From positions 4,280,001 through 4,344,000 of the forward strand of contig NC_087438.1 in assembly GCF_036321535.1 (NCBI RefSeq): a stretch of 64,000 bases of DNA, read 5' to 3'. The first letter of the stretch is position 1, and every line of letters starts with the position of its first letter. The notes beneath the pieces are model-generated. The model saw only the letters and a list, made by a program, of their open reading frames with translations, was not told the DNA's origin and did no database searches. Shown in pieces: positions 12,840-26,010 of the stretch. This DNA comes from Camelus dromedarius (lineage: Eukaryota). The translations under genes and the position numbers were made by a program.

Positions 12840-13270
12840 ATATCACGTTTCATTCATTGAATATCATATTGCCACATAACTATGTAATTGTCATAATTAA
12901 TATTTTAATGCCCAATGAATAGATATACCATAATGTATTTTTAGTTTATCTTTTGTAATGTAATTTTTCAACCAAAGTATTTACATTCATGGAAATTTGT
13001 TACATATGCATTATTAAGTGAAAAAAGCAATATAGATATAATAATATCCTTTGTATAATCTAATTAAAATTAAAGATAAGAAATATTATATGCATAAACA
13101 ATATATGTTATATTAATCTTTATCTACATATGTAAAGATATCTGGACATATTAATGCTGAGTTATAAACTGGGGTAAGAATTACGGAAATTTCTATTTTT
13201 TGTGATTCATTTCTACATCACTTAAATTCTTTACGATGGATGCAAATTTTGTAATTAAAAAGTAACAACA
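12840..13270. repeat. AT-rich tract, probably degraded old L1 3' UTR
   Basis: Strongly AT-rich island in GC-rich surroundings; ttaagtgaaaaaagcaa-like L1M motif. Confidence 0.4.
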
Positions 13271-14999
13271 ACAAAGATACTTACCAAGAAGTGGAAGGAG
13301 AAATCATTCATACCAAAGAAGCCTGAGGAAGCCACCCCGCCACCACAGCACTGCAGCGAAAATGTTCTGAAATGAGCCTGGAAGAGAATAATGTGACTAG
13401 CAAGGCTTCGGGTCCACGAGATAATGAAGAATCCAGCCCCAGCTCACATTTTACAGTCCAGCGTGCGTCCCGACAGCTCAGCACAGGCTCACTGCTGCTT
13501 ATTATACTTCAATACGGACACAGTATTAATATTTTATGTCCCCCTTTGTTTCTCTATTTATGAGTATCTCCAGTCTGGATGAACAAGCTGCAGACCAGAT
13601 GCATAAAAGCACAAGCTAAAGCCACGAGTCCCCTGAATGCCAGAAACCGCAGGCACGTTAAACAGGGTTGGCAGGGGTGCAGGTACACTGTGATGTTTTG
13701 ATCTAACCCATCTTCACATTCAAAGGGCGCTTCGGGTGTTATTCAGAAACACATAACTGTGCTGAGAGTGGGAAGCACTTAGCTTCAGCCAAACACTTGC
13801 CCGCAGTCTCTTTATGAGAACTTGTACCCGGACAGTGTGACGGGGCTGCTGAGCGCGGCAGGGGCAGGTGTTGGGGTCTGTTCATGCCTCCTGCCCGGGC
13901 GCCATGCTCCTCCCAACCCGGCTCAGCTGGTTTCTAATTCCTGCCTGACCCCCCATTCCTCCTTTATGGAAAGGAAAACCCAGAGGAGATTCACTTTAGT
14001 TCTGCGGTGGATAAATTGATCTCAGAATCTCTGTGGTGCAACCTTCACTCAAGAGTTTGCCAATCCATCCACTCACCTGTTGCCTTTGGCATTTGAGCTT
14101 AAATGAAACCAAAAGGTCACCAAAAGCTTCAGGAGAAACTGCTGAATTTCAGCTGACGGCCAAGTCAAAAATCTCCAAATTCAGCCTAGATCCATCTTCA
14201 AATGCTGATTCACCCGCCTCTGATGCTCAGTGCTTCCAGTAGGGCTGGCTGGCTGTGAGAAGGTTGAACAGAATCCCAAACTTTGCAAGTTTTTGCCTAT
14301 TTCAAGCCCCGCCCTTCCTGGAGTTCCTGCTTAATAACTTCAGTGTAAATGCTGATGCCGGAGCAGCTGCCACCCTACTTTTATAGCACCTCCAAGACCA
14401 GTGTCACACTCCAAATAGCCTGTCGTGGGTACAAGCCAGAAAGTCAGCCTGAAATTGATGCTCTGCAATGTTCTTTCAACGCTGGGTCTCTCACAAGACT
14501 GCGGTCATATTGTGAATGGTTGCTTTAAAAATTAATCTCTTTTAAGGTTGACTTTAAAAATCAATCTTCTATTTTGGGCTATAACACCTAAAGTCAATAT
14601 AACCTGGAACTTTCCTGTAACTCTCTCCCCTGGAACATGGGCCAACCCAAAGAGGTGCCTTGTTAAAAAGTGCCAGAAAGAGCCAGTCACTGTGCACAGG
14701 AGTTGTGGACGTGACCGTGCGCAAAGAGGCGAGCGAAGCCTCCGCCCTCCCAGGCTCACAGCCTGCCCCCTGCGGTCTCAGGGGAAGGTGACCCACAGGC
14801 TAGGGCCCGATGCCCGGGGAGGGGCACAGGGGGCAGCACTGCATGGGGGAGGAGAGGGGAAGGGGCATGCAGACGGCCAGAGGCACAGAGACCAGAGTGC
14901 CCTCTGTGCTGGAAGGACCTCCGGGCGCCCAGCTGAGGGGAGGAGGGAAGTGAGACATAAGTGACAAAGGGGTAACAGAAGCCCAGTGAGACCGACCGT

Positions 15000-15530
15000 A
15001 ACACTTACGAGCTGGGTGACTTGGGCAAATCACGTAACCTCTGGGGCCCAGGCTTCTATTTGTACAGTGACTATAACAACAACTTTCTTGTAAGATTATT
15101 GCTTTAGTTTTGTCTAGTGTAACAAAGGCACCATAGACCAAGGGAGCTTAAATAGCCAAGATTTCTTTCTCAGTTCTGGAGGCTGGCAAGTCCAAGAGCA
15201 AGAAGCCGGAAGATCTGGTGTCTGGTGAAGGCTGGCTTCCCGGCTTGTAGACAGACAGCTGCCTTCTGGTCATGTCTTCACATGGGCCCTCCATCTCTTT
15301 ATAAGGGCACCAATCCCACCATGGGGGCTCCACCCTCATGACCTCATCCAACTCTTATTACCCCCCAAGTCCTCACTTCCCAAAACCATCACGCTGAGGA
15401 TTAAGGTTTCCGTGTATGAATTTGGGGAGGATACAAACATTCAGCTCATGGCAGTCATTCTGAGGATTAAATGAGTTGATACCCGCAAATCATCTAAAAA
15501 GTGCCAGGAGCATCCTAAGCAGCACGTGCT
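15000..15530 (+). mobile_element. MIR split by an MLT1A insertion
   Basis: Left half cacttacgagctgggtgacttgggcaaatcac..aacctct; right half tgaggattaaatgagttgata resumes after 15458. Confidence 0.7.
15100..15453 (-). mobile_element. MaLR solo LTR, MLT1A-like
   Basis: cagttctggaggctggcaagtccaaga, ataagggcaccaatcccaccatgggggctccaccctcatgacctcat, and end acaaacattcagctcatggca. Confidence 0.85.
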
Positions 15531-17899
15531 TGCTGGATGTCACACTCAGATCCTAGAGGCTGGACGATGACAGCCACTGCAGGCTCCAAGCAGGGGTGCG
15601 GTGTGGCACTTCACCGTCTGCTCCATCGCCCGTTTGCAGAACAGAGTCTCAGAGGGGGTAGAATCAGGGAGCCCTGACCCACACTGGAGCCTGGGAACAT
15701 CCTCAAGTCACAAATAAGAAAGACACGTGGAAAGAAGGAAGAGGATGCCCTGCTGGCATCCTACCAGGGTGAGGCAGGGCACGCAGATGACCACACGGTC
15801 CTTTCCAGCTGGTTCTGGGCAGGGGAAGGGGGGCAGCCCCCGGCTCTGCTGAGCGTGAGGTCTCACATGGCCCTCCAGTAAAAAAACCCAGTGCCTGCTG
15901 GAGAGGAGAGACCAGACGTGGTTTGGGGAGTTGGGAAGACTGAGCTGTACGGGAGATGGATACCCCAGAGAGAGAATCTAGAAAGAGAAGGGTGGTGTGC
16001 TGAAGCCAGGAAAGAGGCTGTCATGTTGCAAGGAGCCTGTTCTGAGGGTGGTGGGAACCAAGAGGGACCTGGGATTCTACGCACTGTCACCTGGTGTGAA
16101 ATACTGAAGCTAGGACAGAGTTCAAGATGGCTTGTATCTGAGAGGTTTCCAAAATCTTATGCTCCGAAAGGGGCCCGAGACACAGGTTAAGACATGAATC
16201 GGTGAGGATGAGGTGGGAGACTGATGTTGGCTGGTCTCCCGGGCATCTTTGAATATTCTTTTTCATCTTTCAATTTTTTTTAATGCCTTCAGTTTGGACC
16301 ATTTATTCAATTTGCACATCCACAGGAGGGACCATGACTTTGTAGATCTATTAGCAGCTCTGAACAGCAGACAGGTTTAACTGTATCGTGGCCAAAGTGG
16401 TACTTCTGAAGGAGAGGCAAAGCTCCCGGGGAGGAAGGGTAAACAGAGCTGGGCTCCACGTGGAGGAACAAAACGCCACCCAGGGACCCCAGCTACGCTG
16501 GCCTTCTCAACAGGAGCTGCAGCTCTGTCGTGACGCGCTAGTTCCCTGAGTTGTTTGTTTGTTTTTGCTTTTGTTTTTGTTTTCTTAAACTTCAGAAACC
16601 ATAGGAGATACATGTAAAACCTCTAAATGTTTTGGCTAATTTTCCTGTTTTGTCACCTTCACAGAAGGAGCTTGTCGACATGGTGGAAGCCCCCCCAGGT
16701 CAGTGTCACTTGGTGCCACACGGACCCCACGCTGGCCACCGTGACTTCGTGTTCAGCTGAGAGGGTGGGACCGTGGCCGACACCCCCAGGACGGTGCGCG
16801 TGGGCTCTCAGACTTGGCGGTGATGCTGTCAAAAATGTGAAATGGTGCCCAGTCAGATTTGCCAAAACAGAGGACCACGCGCAGCCAAACAGCCCCTCCA
16901 GCTGATTCTATACCTTCTCTCCTCTCCCGCTCATATTCCGCAGTGTCATGTCAGCAGCTGGTCACCATGAGAGACGGGAAGCAGTAAATATACACGCTAA
17001 AACGTTAGGGGAAAATGTTCAATAGAACCAGCCAGTCTGACGTCACTCATCTGATATCCACACAGACTTGTCTTACTAAAGGCCCGAGGAAAAGAAAAGA
17101 TTCTTTTCTCACACGTTATGCAATTGTATGTGGGACCTGGCCTGTGTACACAGCTTCAAAAAATCATTAGTGTGTCCAACTGGGCAGCCAGTGAAGGTGG
17201 AATATGACTTAATTAGTTCACAAGACATTTGTGAACTATGTAATTACAAGCTCCATTTAATTGACCTTCATTTTTGGTCTCAGAATAATTCTGACACTAT
17301 CACCTGCCACCCTAAAAAGCAATAATTGTGCAGTAAAAGCCATAGTCGCTGGGCCTGGGATTTGGTTGTCTATAAATTAAAGTGTTTTCCTTGTCTGGTT
17401 GGAACCCTAAAATAATCTCAGGGACTGGGAAGGAGGAAGGCAGGTGGGAGAGACCAGGACCTGAAAGCTCCACCCAGGCGGCAGAGGTGCTGCTGTGGTT
17501 CCGTCCACACCGCTGCTCTCCCTGAGCTTCCTCTTACCCGACCCGGGTAAGAGCATCACTCGGTAAATGGGCGGCTCTCACAGAGCGGATGTCCGGCCCG
17601 GTAAACACGCTCGCGCACAAATGCTCATACACGAGCTGTCAGTCACGCCCACCCCTCGCAGGGAAGACTTTCTGGTGGTCCCGGTGTGTCCCAGAGCATC
17701 TGCAGCTGCACAGGGCACTGGGCTGCACAGTCCCCACCCCTTTTCCTTGGGACCCAAACCGCAGCCTCAGTGGGGCTGCATCACAGCTCCTCCCTTTCCC
17801 ACAGAGCAGGGAGAGGAGAGTCCCAGAAACTAAGATAGGAACACAGAGAAATGGGGGACACCCCACACGGGGAATTCAAAAATCAAGGGGCCGTCCACA

Positions 17900-18935
17900 C
17901 GTATATGATCCCTACCTCACACCACTCAGGAAGTTAATTCCAGGTAGACTGTAAATCTAAATGTGGCAGGCTAAATGTAAAGGTTTAAGGAGAAAGTGGG
18001 AGAGAAGAAAATCACTCACTATAAATGGAAAAAGAACTGATAAATTAGGCCGCATCAGAACAAAGAACTTCTGTTCTTCACAAGACACCACTGAGAGACA
18101 GTAAACTGGACCCAGAGGAAAAGGTCTTCACAAGACGTATGTCGAATAAAGGTCTTGTATCCAGAGTAAAAGAACCTCTTGAGGCTGATAAGAAACATCC
18201 AATAAACCCAGACAACCCCAAACAAAGAAATGGACAAAGACTCTAACAGACACTTCACAGAAGAGGATGCCGAGTGACCAGTACACAGATGTAATGATCA
18301 TTGTCACTCACGTCACAACATGACACACACACATTCCACATACACCAGAGTTGCTTAAGGACAGGGAGGCAACACCACTGTGGGCACAGTGAGCTCGGGG
18401 CTCTGGTCCTCTCCTGGGACGAGTGCCCTTCATCCCCATGGGAACAGCATCTTCGGATGCTGAGTGCACGCCTCCCTCTGGTCCAGCTCTCCTGCTCCTC
18501 CAGACTCACACAGCAATGAGTACGTGCTCACCAAGAGGCACGGACCCATGAGAGGTCACAGCAGCACATTTCCAGTGGCCAGAAACAGCCCAGTGCCCAC
18601 CCAGGGCAGAAGGGATTAACAACAGGAACGTGGTCACACGCGGGCAGCTACACAGTGAAACTGTGCACAACACGGGGATGACTCTCACACAGAGCAGAGC
18701 AGGAAGGAGCGGACACAGAGCACACGCCTCCCTCCATGGTGCAAGATTCAGAGCCAGGCTGTTCAGGCCGGGGTAGTGGGTCCCTTGGAGCAGCAATGGC
18801 CGACGGAGGCTCTGGAGCTGCGGGATATCTGGGAGGCGTGTCTGTATCTGCATCCTGTTCCCCTGGTTATGTTGGGTTTGAGACAATTCTTAACCTACGC
18901 AGTGAAGAAGTGTCCACTTTTCTGTGTATCTGCTT
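17900..18935 (+). mobile_element. Degraded old L1 (ORF2 end and 3' UTR)
   Basis: ccctacctcacacca, aaagaacttctgttcttcacaagacacc, aaatggacaaagactctaacagacacttcacagaagagga are L1 ORF2-end motifs; no intact frame. Confidence 0.7.
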
Positions 18936-18937
18936 CT

Positions 18938-19340
18938 AGTGGCTGAATGGTGGCCCCTAAAAGGCATGTCTGTGTCCTAGCTCCCAGAAGCTATTATGAC
19001 AAAGAGTGACCATTACTTTATGCAACAAAAGACACAATTGAGTCAACACTCTTGAAAGGAAGAGCTCAACCTGGATTACCTGTGCGGCCTCTGTATCTAC
19101 AATGAGAACGTCCTTGTAAGAGACAGGACACACGGCCACGTGTGGGCGGAGGCAGATTAGAGAGACGTGGCGTTTCCAGAAGCTGGAAGGAGCGAGGATC
19201 CTCCCCTAAGGCCCCTGGAGGGAGCGTGGCCCTGCCGACACTGGTTTCAGACTTCCGGCTCCCAGAGCCCCGGAAGAATACTCTTCTGCTGTCTGAAGCC
19301 ACCAGCCGTGCGGCGATCCGTCACAGCAGGAACAGGAAAG
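18938..19340 (+). mobile_element. MaLR solo LTR, MLT1B/C-like
   Basis: ggctgaatggtggcccctaaaag ... ccagaagctggaagg ... gggagcgtggccctgccgaca..tttcagacttccggctcccag. Confidence 0.8.
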
Positions 19341-19859
19341 GGGCGCGCTCTCACACGCCGATGGAATGGGAAGAGAAAGAGCAGCGTCGAGTGACGCCTG
19401 AGCCCCACCGAACAGGCGGAGCCGCAGGACGGTGGCCGGGCTCCGGGAAGCCAACACCTCACCAGCTTTAAGAACCACGGAGAGAGGCACCCGCCTGCTG
19501 ACCGCCACGGCACGACCCCAGAGAGGGAGCAGCAGCGCTGCCAGATTTCAGGCTGCGCCGAGGCCCGACTGCGGTCGGGGGCGTGAGTCTAGTGAGAATG
19601 TGGGCCCAGGGGTGTCACTGTCTCCTGCACTGTCCAGACACTCGGAGCCGACGGACAGGTCTAATCAGAACTGGGGTGTTTCCAGGTGAATTATAAAACA
19701 GAGGGGAGAGGGCAAGGGGATCGGGAGAGGTCATCAGGAGTGACTACAGGCAGAGCTGCAGGTCCTGGCTGGATAAGAAGGGAACAAGGAAGGAGGAGGG
19801 CTGGGTGGTGCAAACGTGGGAAATGAGTGACTAGAAGCCTCAGGAGGGTAGGAAAGCCC

Positions 19860-20090
19860 TGCCCTGGCTCCTGGCCCCGTCCTCCCTCCTCAGAGCTGCA
19901 GCATCGCCTCTCTTCACACTCTCTTCTCTGTTCACATCTCCCTCTTACCCTCTTCTTCTGGGAGTCTTCCACTTTTAAGGACCCTTGTGATGACACTGGA
20001 CCCACCCAAACCATCTAGGGTAATCTCCCTATACCAAGGCCAGCTGATTAGCAGACTTCATTCCACTTGCTGCCATGATTCCCCTTCATG
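19860..20090 (-). mobile_element. MLT1D-like LTR fragment
   Basis: ccacttttaaggacccttgtgatgacactggacccacc..atctagggtaatctccctat..ggccagctgattagca. Confidence 0.7.
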
Positions 20091-21238
20091 CTACTCCACG
20101 AGCCCCCCACCCTCCAGCGGGCTGGTCCTAACTGGTCCACAATGGTGGCTGGGCAGGGTTCTCACAGAGAGAGAGAGCGGAAGCACGTTCGGCCCCTTGA
20201 AGCCTACACTCAGGGCTGAGCTGGTCACAGCAAGTTATGAGGTCAGCGCATTGCAAGCAGCGGAGAAACAGACCGCACCTCTTGATGAAAAGACTTCAAA
20301 GTCACATTGCAAGCAGGCAGGACAATAATAGCAGCCATGTTTGCAAACATGCAGGATGTTTTTCTTTTCCCATGCTTCAGTAGGAGTCTCTAGATTAAAG
20401 CTTCCTCACTGTGGTTCCCAGGGAAGCACAGAGGCAGGCCCCTCAGATACACGCGTGTATGTGCCTGTGTGTGAGCTCACATGTATTTGTGTAAGGAAGA
20501 AATTAGGGGTTTTGGCAACCCTTTTTGAGGATGAAGAATTTATATTTCATTAGTTGAAGAGTCCATGCATTTCTTACATTCCTCTCCTACCACCAAGACA
20601 CGGCCACATGTTGTGTTCTGCTCCCTCTGCGGATAGCCGCAGTCCTCTTCTCTTCAATTCGCTCACCTGATACTCCTGCTGGATCCAGCCAGGAAAACAG
20701 GGGCCACTCCAGGCAGTTCCACAGAGGCCACTTAATATGGAAAACTAGTTACAAGGAAAACCAAACCATGAGGCGATCCAAGGACTAGCAAGAGCAGGAG
20801 GAGCCGCCAGGGCTGCAGGGGAACCAGGGAGAGGTGGGTCTTAGCAGAGCCCAGAGGCCAGGCCTTCTGATGGGAGCTGGGTCCTCAGAGGGGGCTGCCC
20901 GGCGGGAGTTGGAACCACAGCCAACACCCAGAGACTGCCAGAGAAGCAGGAGAGAGTGTCCCTGCAGCTGCGGCCCTCCTGCCAATGCCACCCACGGGCC
21001 AGCCCTGCCAGGAGCCAAGCTGTGAGCAGGGACAAACCATCTCAGAGGCTGACAAGGAAGGGCTGTTTCCCACTCATGCAGGTGGCCATGTGCTGGCTGC
21101 AGCTCTGCTCCTCCTCCCACCAGTCCCAGGTCTGCAGTCAAGAGCAGATGCTCTGTTCTCACGGCAGAGAAGGGGAGAAGGAGTTGGGCAGTGGCCATCA
21201 CGTGAGGCTCTGCTGGACCACAGAAGTGCCCCCATGCG

Positions 21239-21340
21239 CCCTCTGCTCACACCTCATTGACCAAAGCAAGTCACGTGGCCAGGCCCTGCAGCCCCTCTGC
21301 TCACACTTCATTGGCTGAAGCAAGTCACGTGGCCAAGCCT
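21239..21340. repeat. 54-bp-period tandem duplication inside an old LTR-like region
   Basis: ccctctgctcacacctcattgaccaaagcaagtcacgtggccaggcc versus ccctctgctcacacttcattggctgaagcaagtcacgtggccaagcc: 42/47 identical. Confidence 0.85.
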
Positions 21341-21422
21341 GACATCAGTAGGACAGCCCCATTGCCACAGTGAAGCTCTGGCCACAGGCAGGAGAGATAG
21401 GCCCTCCTGCAGAAAAAACAGC

Positions 21423-21625
21423 TGTATTAGTTTCCTGTGGCTGCAGTAAGAAATCCCTACACACTTAGCTGCTTAAAGCACACAGATGTATTCTCTCCCA
21501 GTGCTGGAGGCCAGCATTCTGAAATCAGTGTCACTGGGCTGAAGTCAAGGTGTTACAGGGCTGGTTCCTTCTGGAGGCTCCAGGGGGGAATCCCTTTCTT
21601 CAGCTTTTCTGCTTCTGGGGGATGC
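21423..21625 (-). mobile_element. MLT1D-like LTR, truncated
   Basis: Begins tgtattagtttcctgtggctgc; contains tcactgggctgaagtcaaggtg and ccttctggaggctccagg. Confidence 0.8.
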
Positions 21626-22324
21626 TTCAAAGAAATGGAGAGATGTCCCATGTCCTTGGGTTGGAAGAATTAATATTGTTAAATTGGCCATACTACCCAA
21701 AGCAATCTACAAGTTTAATGCAACCCTTATCAAGATACCCATGGCATTTTTCACAGAACTAGAACAAATAATCCTAAAATTTATATGGAAACAAAAAAGA
21801 CCCAGAATTGCCAACGCAATCCTGAGGAAAAAGAATCAAAGCTAGAGACATAACCCTTCCAGACTTCAGACCACACTGCAAAGTTACAGTAATCACAACA
21901 CTGTGGTACTGGCACAAAAACAGACACACAGAACAATGGAACAGAGTAGAGAGCCCAGAAATAAACCCAGGTACCTATGATCAATTAATCTTCAACAAAG
22001 GAGGCAAGAATATACAATGGGGGAAAGACAGTCTCTTCAACAAGGGTTGGGAAAGCTGGACAGCCACATGTAAACCAGTGACGTTAGAACACTCCCTCAC
22101 ACCATTCACAAAAACAAACTCAAAACGGTTCAAAGACCTAAATGTAAGACATGACACCACAAAACTCCTAGAGGAGAACATAGGAGAAACACTCTTTGAC
22201 AAAATTGTAGCAATATTTTCTTAGATCAATATCCAAGGGAAAATAAATAAAAGCAAAAATAAACATATGGGACGTAATAAAATTTAAAAGCTTTTTGCAC
22301 AGCAAAGGAAACCATTGACAAAAC
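21626..22324 (+). mobile_element. Relatively young L1 ORF2 internal fragment (frameshifted)
   Basis: Encodes recognisable L1 ORF2 peptides ([65 protein letters not shown]). No 3' UTR or poly(A). Confidence 0.92.
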
Positions 22325-23370
22325 TGGTGGCTGATGACACGAACAACAGAGTGTGGCGTCGTTTGCCACAGCAGAGCGGGAAGGACTCCCCACAGGGAGG
22401 CGGCGTGACCACCGTGCAGCAGCCCTCAGGTGGGGCGCTGCCAGCCCGCCCGACTCAGCCCTGCGCCGGCTGAGAAAGCGGCATCTGCAGGGATGTTTTA
22501 AGTGAGAAAAGTGAAATGCTCTGCAGTGTGGATAATACGATGCTATTTGTACTTTTACGAGCATAACCCTGAATATAGGCTTAGAGAATTTCTGATTTGC
22601 CCAGAAAGATACATGGAGTTGGTGAGAAGGGGGTTGGGGTCTGGAAGGCACTGCTCTGTTTGCATTTTCCACCGCGGACAACAAGCACTCGAAACTAAGT
22701 GCTTCCCCTGTAACGTTTGTACAAACAAAAGACTACGGAAGCTCAACAAGAGATACAATAAAACCAGGACTAAATCGATACTGTTTAAGCCCTGTTATAC
22801 ATGGGGGAGGCGGCCCGGCTCCTGCTGAGTAAGTTTCTGTTCGCACTCTGTGGACAATGAATACGTGGTTATTAATAACAGTAATGAAAGCGTCCTCCAT
22901 TCACTCCCACAGTTCGATTTGTCTCCCAAGGGCACGTGAGGCACATCTGAGGACCGGCAGGAGAGTCTGACAACAGCTGACAGAAAAGAGTGATCCTGCG
23001 TTTTGCTTTATGCCTTGATTTCATAATTCCAGCCTCACTCTGGGCCCCAGTCGCTGTGTTTGATGAGATCAGTGGACAACTGTGTTAACATCCCTTTGGG
23101 ATGCTGACGCTCCAGCCTGCGCACGCTTGAGAATTAACACCACGCACAAACAGGCTGCTCTAAAAGACGTGCATTGTCCCCTAAGACACTGCCACAGAGA
23201 GAGCAGGCTCCCCGCAGGGTGGACTGGGGGTGGCACAGGGAGTGTGTGACCGAGGGGGCAGGGCAGGCAGGAGAGGACTGAACTCTTCTTCACCCTGAGC
23301 GCATTTCAAACCCAGTCCCTTTGTGGGAGGGCGACTGGAGGACACAGGACAGGGTGCAGGGCATTTTCAA

Positions 23371-23445
23371 GAGGAGGAGTGGGAGGGAGGGCTGGGAGGA
23401 GGAAGGGGGGAGGGGAGAAGAGATAGAAAGAGGAGGCGGGAGGGC
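23371..23445 (+). repeat. Purine-rich (GGA/GGGA) low-complexity tract
   Basis: gaggaggagtgggagggagggctgggaggaggaaggggggaggggagaagag. Confidence 0.7.
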
Positions 23446-24289
23446 TGCAGTTTCTGGAACTGTCTTTGCGTCCATTACATCCCGCAGGAAGGGAGGAAGA
23501 GATGACTGCAAATGGAGGGGAAGAGAAGTTGAGAATAAACGGGGGGTGATGCCCTACAGAGGTTGGTGCTGGTGCTGCAGCCAGCACAGGGGGACAAGGA
23601 TGCGTGTCCTCCTGGCTCTCTGGTCCTCTGGCTCCCCTCACCTAGCCACCCACACATAGCGGGAAGCCCTTTAGGACCACTGTGCTTCCAGGGTCTTGCA
23701 GCTCTATACTCAGGAATCTTCCCACCTCAGAGGACCAGGGCCAACACTGTGTCTGCCTTTCTAGCCGTCCCCTGAATCTCGGCTGCAGCAGCATCTGGAC
23801 CCCTGACTTGGAATTATACAGCAGGACAAAGGCAAAACCAACAGATGGAGGCTGTGGCATGGACCTGGGGCAAGGCATGGACCAGGGCACCCTGCAGTCT
23901 GGGACCCAAGGAGACATGGGTCATGGAATCCACCTCTGCTCTTACAACTTCGATAGTATTTCCCAGATGACCCCGTGGAAGTTCCCAAATCCTGATCCTT
24001 CTTGTCCCAAACTGCCTCTGCAGTGGATATAATGCTCCCTCGTTCCTTGCACCTTTGGGCTCTTAATGTAAAAGACCCCACATGCTCACCAAATGAACTA
24101 AACTTGGAAAACTCACAACACTGCATCTGGGACCCAAATTTACTTACATGAAAATTTACAGTTTAGCCTTAGGTTACCCCCACAGAGTAAGTTTCTGCAG
24201 GAAGGAACCACCATCAGCACCCAGTATGTGGGGACCCTGGTCGTCCTTTGTTCTCAAAGTGTCAGAGGGTGCCCTGTAGGTTATCTGAC

Positions 24290-24760
24290 AACTCCCATTT
24301 CTAGTTCCCTCCCTTTGTGCCTGCCTCTGCTCTAAAGGCCATATAAGCTAAGATGCAGATCACCTGCCACCCTTGCTGTTCGGGGCGGCCATGAGACACC
24401 ATTCTGGTCGGTGAGGTGTGGGCAGAAGTCCCTGAGGGATACAGCCCTTCTAGAATAAAACGACAATGCCTCCACAGGAGAAATCCATTTGTTCATCATC
24501 TTTTGTCCTTCCTCTTCTGGATTTTCTCTGCCTGGAATGCAGGCATGATACCCGGAGGTGCAGCAGCCATCTTGTGATGTGAAGACAAAGCCAAGGTTAA
24601 GAATGGCAGAGGAGAGAGGCAGATCAGTGACACTCATAAGGAGTGACAGCTGCTCTGGGCAGACAACTTGGAATCGCTTGTCATAGGAGGAAAAATAACC
24701 CCTATCTTTTCAAAAGATATCATTTGAAAGATCCCTAATTTGTAGCCAACATACATGAAA
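24290..24760 (+). mobile_element. Old MaLR LTR (MLT1J/K-like)
   Basis: ctgcctggaatgcaggcatgat..ggaggtgcagcagccatcttgtga..tgaagacaaagcca..gaatggcagag. Confidence 0.65.
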
Positions 24761-25859
24761 CAGTAGATAAAGGTCAATAATAATTAAAATAAAATAATAC
24801 ACAATGAATGTAATAAAATTGCAATACGCATACATACACATAATTCCTTTTGATGCACATTTATGTAAAAATGTTACGTAAAAATGTTCCTAAATTTTCA
24901 AGTACTGTTGATGTTATCATTTTATCTCTCACCCCTAAAAGCCTTTGAAACTTCAAAGATAGTGAGGAAAAAACAAATGCTTCTGGATCATTGGGGGGAA
25001 ATCCCAGCCCAGATGGGACTACCATTCCACAACAAAATTACAAAGTGGAAAGGCCCCCGAAAGAGATTTGAACAATCCTGCTTGCCTTGCACAACTGTCC
25101 CTTAATTGCTGGGCAGCAAAATGTCTTGCAGAATATAACTCAGTCACTGAAGCCCACGGAGCCGACTGCAAAAGCAGACAGCAAACTGATAAAGACCAGA
25201 GCGGAATGGGAGCCAGGATGCGAGAGAAAACAAGAGACGTGTGCGGAAAGCTGAGCGCCCGCTGAGCCCTACCGCCAGGAGGGGTGGGCCCACAATCTGC
25301 AGCTTTGCTGATTTCTGATGCTGAACCAGACGATGCTATAAATAAGGACAGGAATAAATATTCCACCAGCACATCCCTTGTTTTCTCAGCCCGTGCGTGC
25401 TCAGCTGCAGGGCGAGGCTGGCCCCCCTTCTGCCTCGTTATCCTAATGTCTCCACCATAAAAACGGCCAAAAAGTCTGCTCTCGTGACCCCTATTGGTCT
25501 GCGTCGCTTTGAGGCCAGTCTGTCTCCCTCCTGTCTTGGATTCCACCTCTTGGCAGGAAAAGTTTAAAAGAAAGTAACAAATGGCCTGAGCATGGAGATG
25601 TCTTAATAGCACCATCATCCTCCTCCTCATCACTGCGCTTCCCTCCCGACCCCCACCCACCTCCAACCAGCGCTAAGCGCCCTGTTGAGAAGGGGTCTGG
25701 GGGCCAAACAAATAAACAATTGCTCTGGGAGACAAGACGAGCAGTCAAGCCTCAGCAAAATCAAGAAAGGAAATAACCAAAGCAAATGACCCTTTACTGA
25801 CTGATCACTATTGATTGACTAAGTGCCTAAAATGCCCCAAACACTGTCGAGAGTAACCA

Positions 25860-26010
25860 TGTGTCTTGGTCTCTTCCCAGCCACCTTAACCAAGCACCAC
25901 GATGGGGCGGTTTAAACGACAGACCTCATTCCTCACAGTTCTGGAGGCTGGACATCCAAGGTCAGGTGCAGCATGGTTAGTGGAAGTCCTCCTGGCTGCT
26001 CCCCCTGTTG
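25860..26010 (-). mobile_element. MLT1A-like LTR fragment
   Basis: ctcacagttctggaggctggacatccaaggtcaggtg. Confidence 0.7.

Noticed and set aside
21239..21340. CRISPR-like repeat
   Set aside because: Only two adjacent units without spacers, in a eukaryotic context; a simple tandem duplication.
25019..25666. 215-aa minus-strand ORF (longest in the track)
   Set aside because: No recognisable domain or exon structure, and a non-ATG start; consistent with chance in GC-rich DNA.
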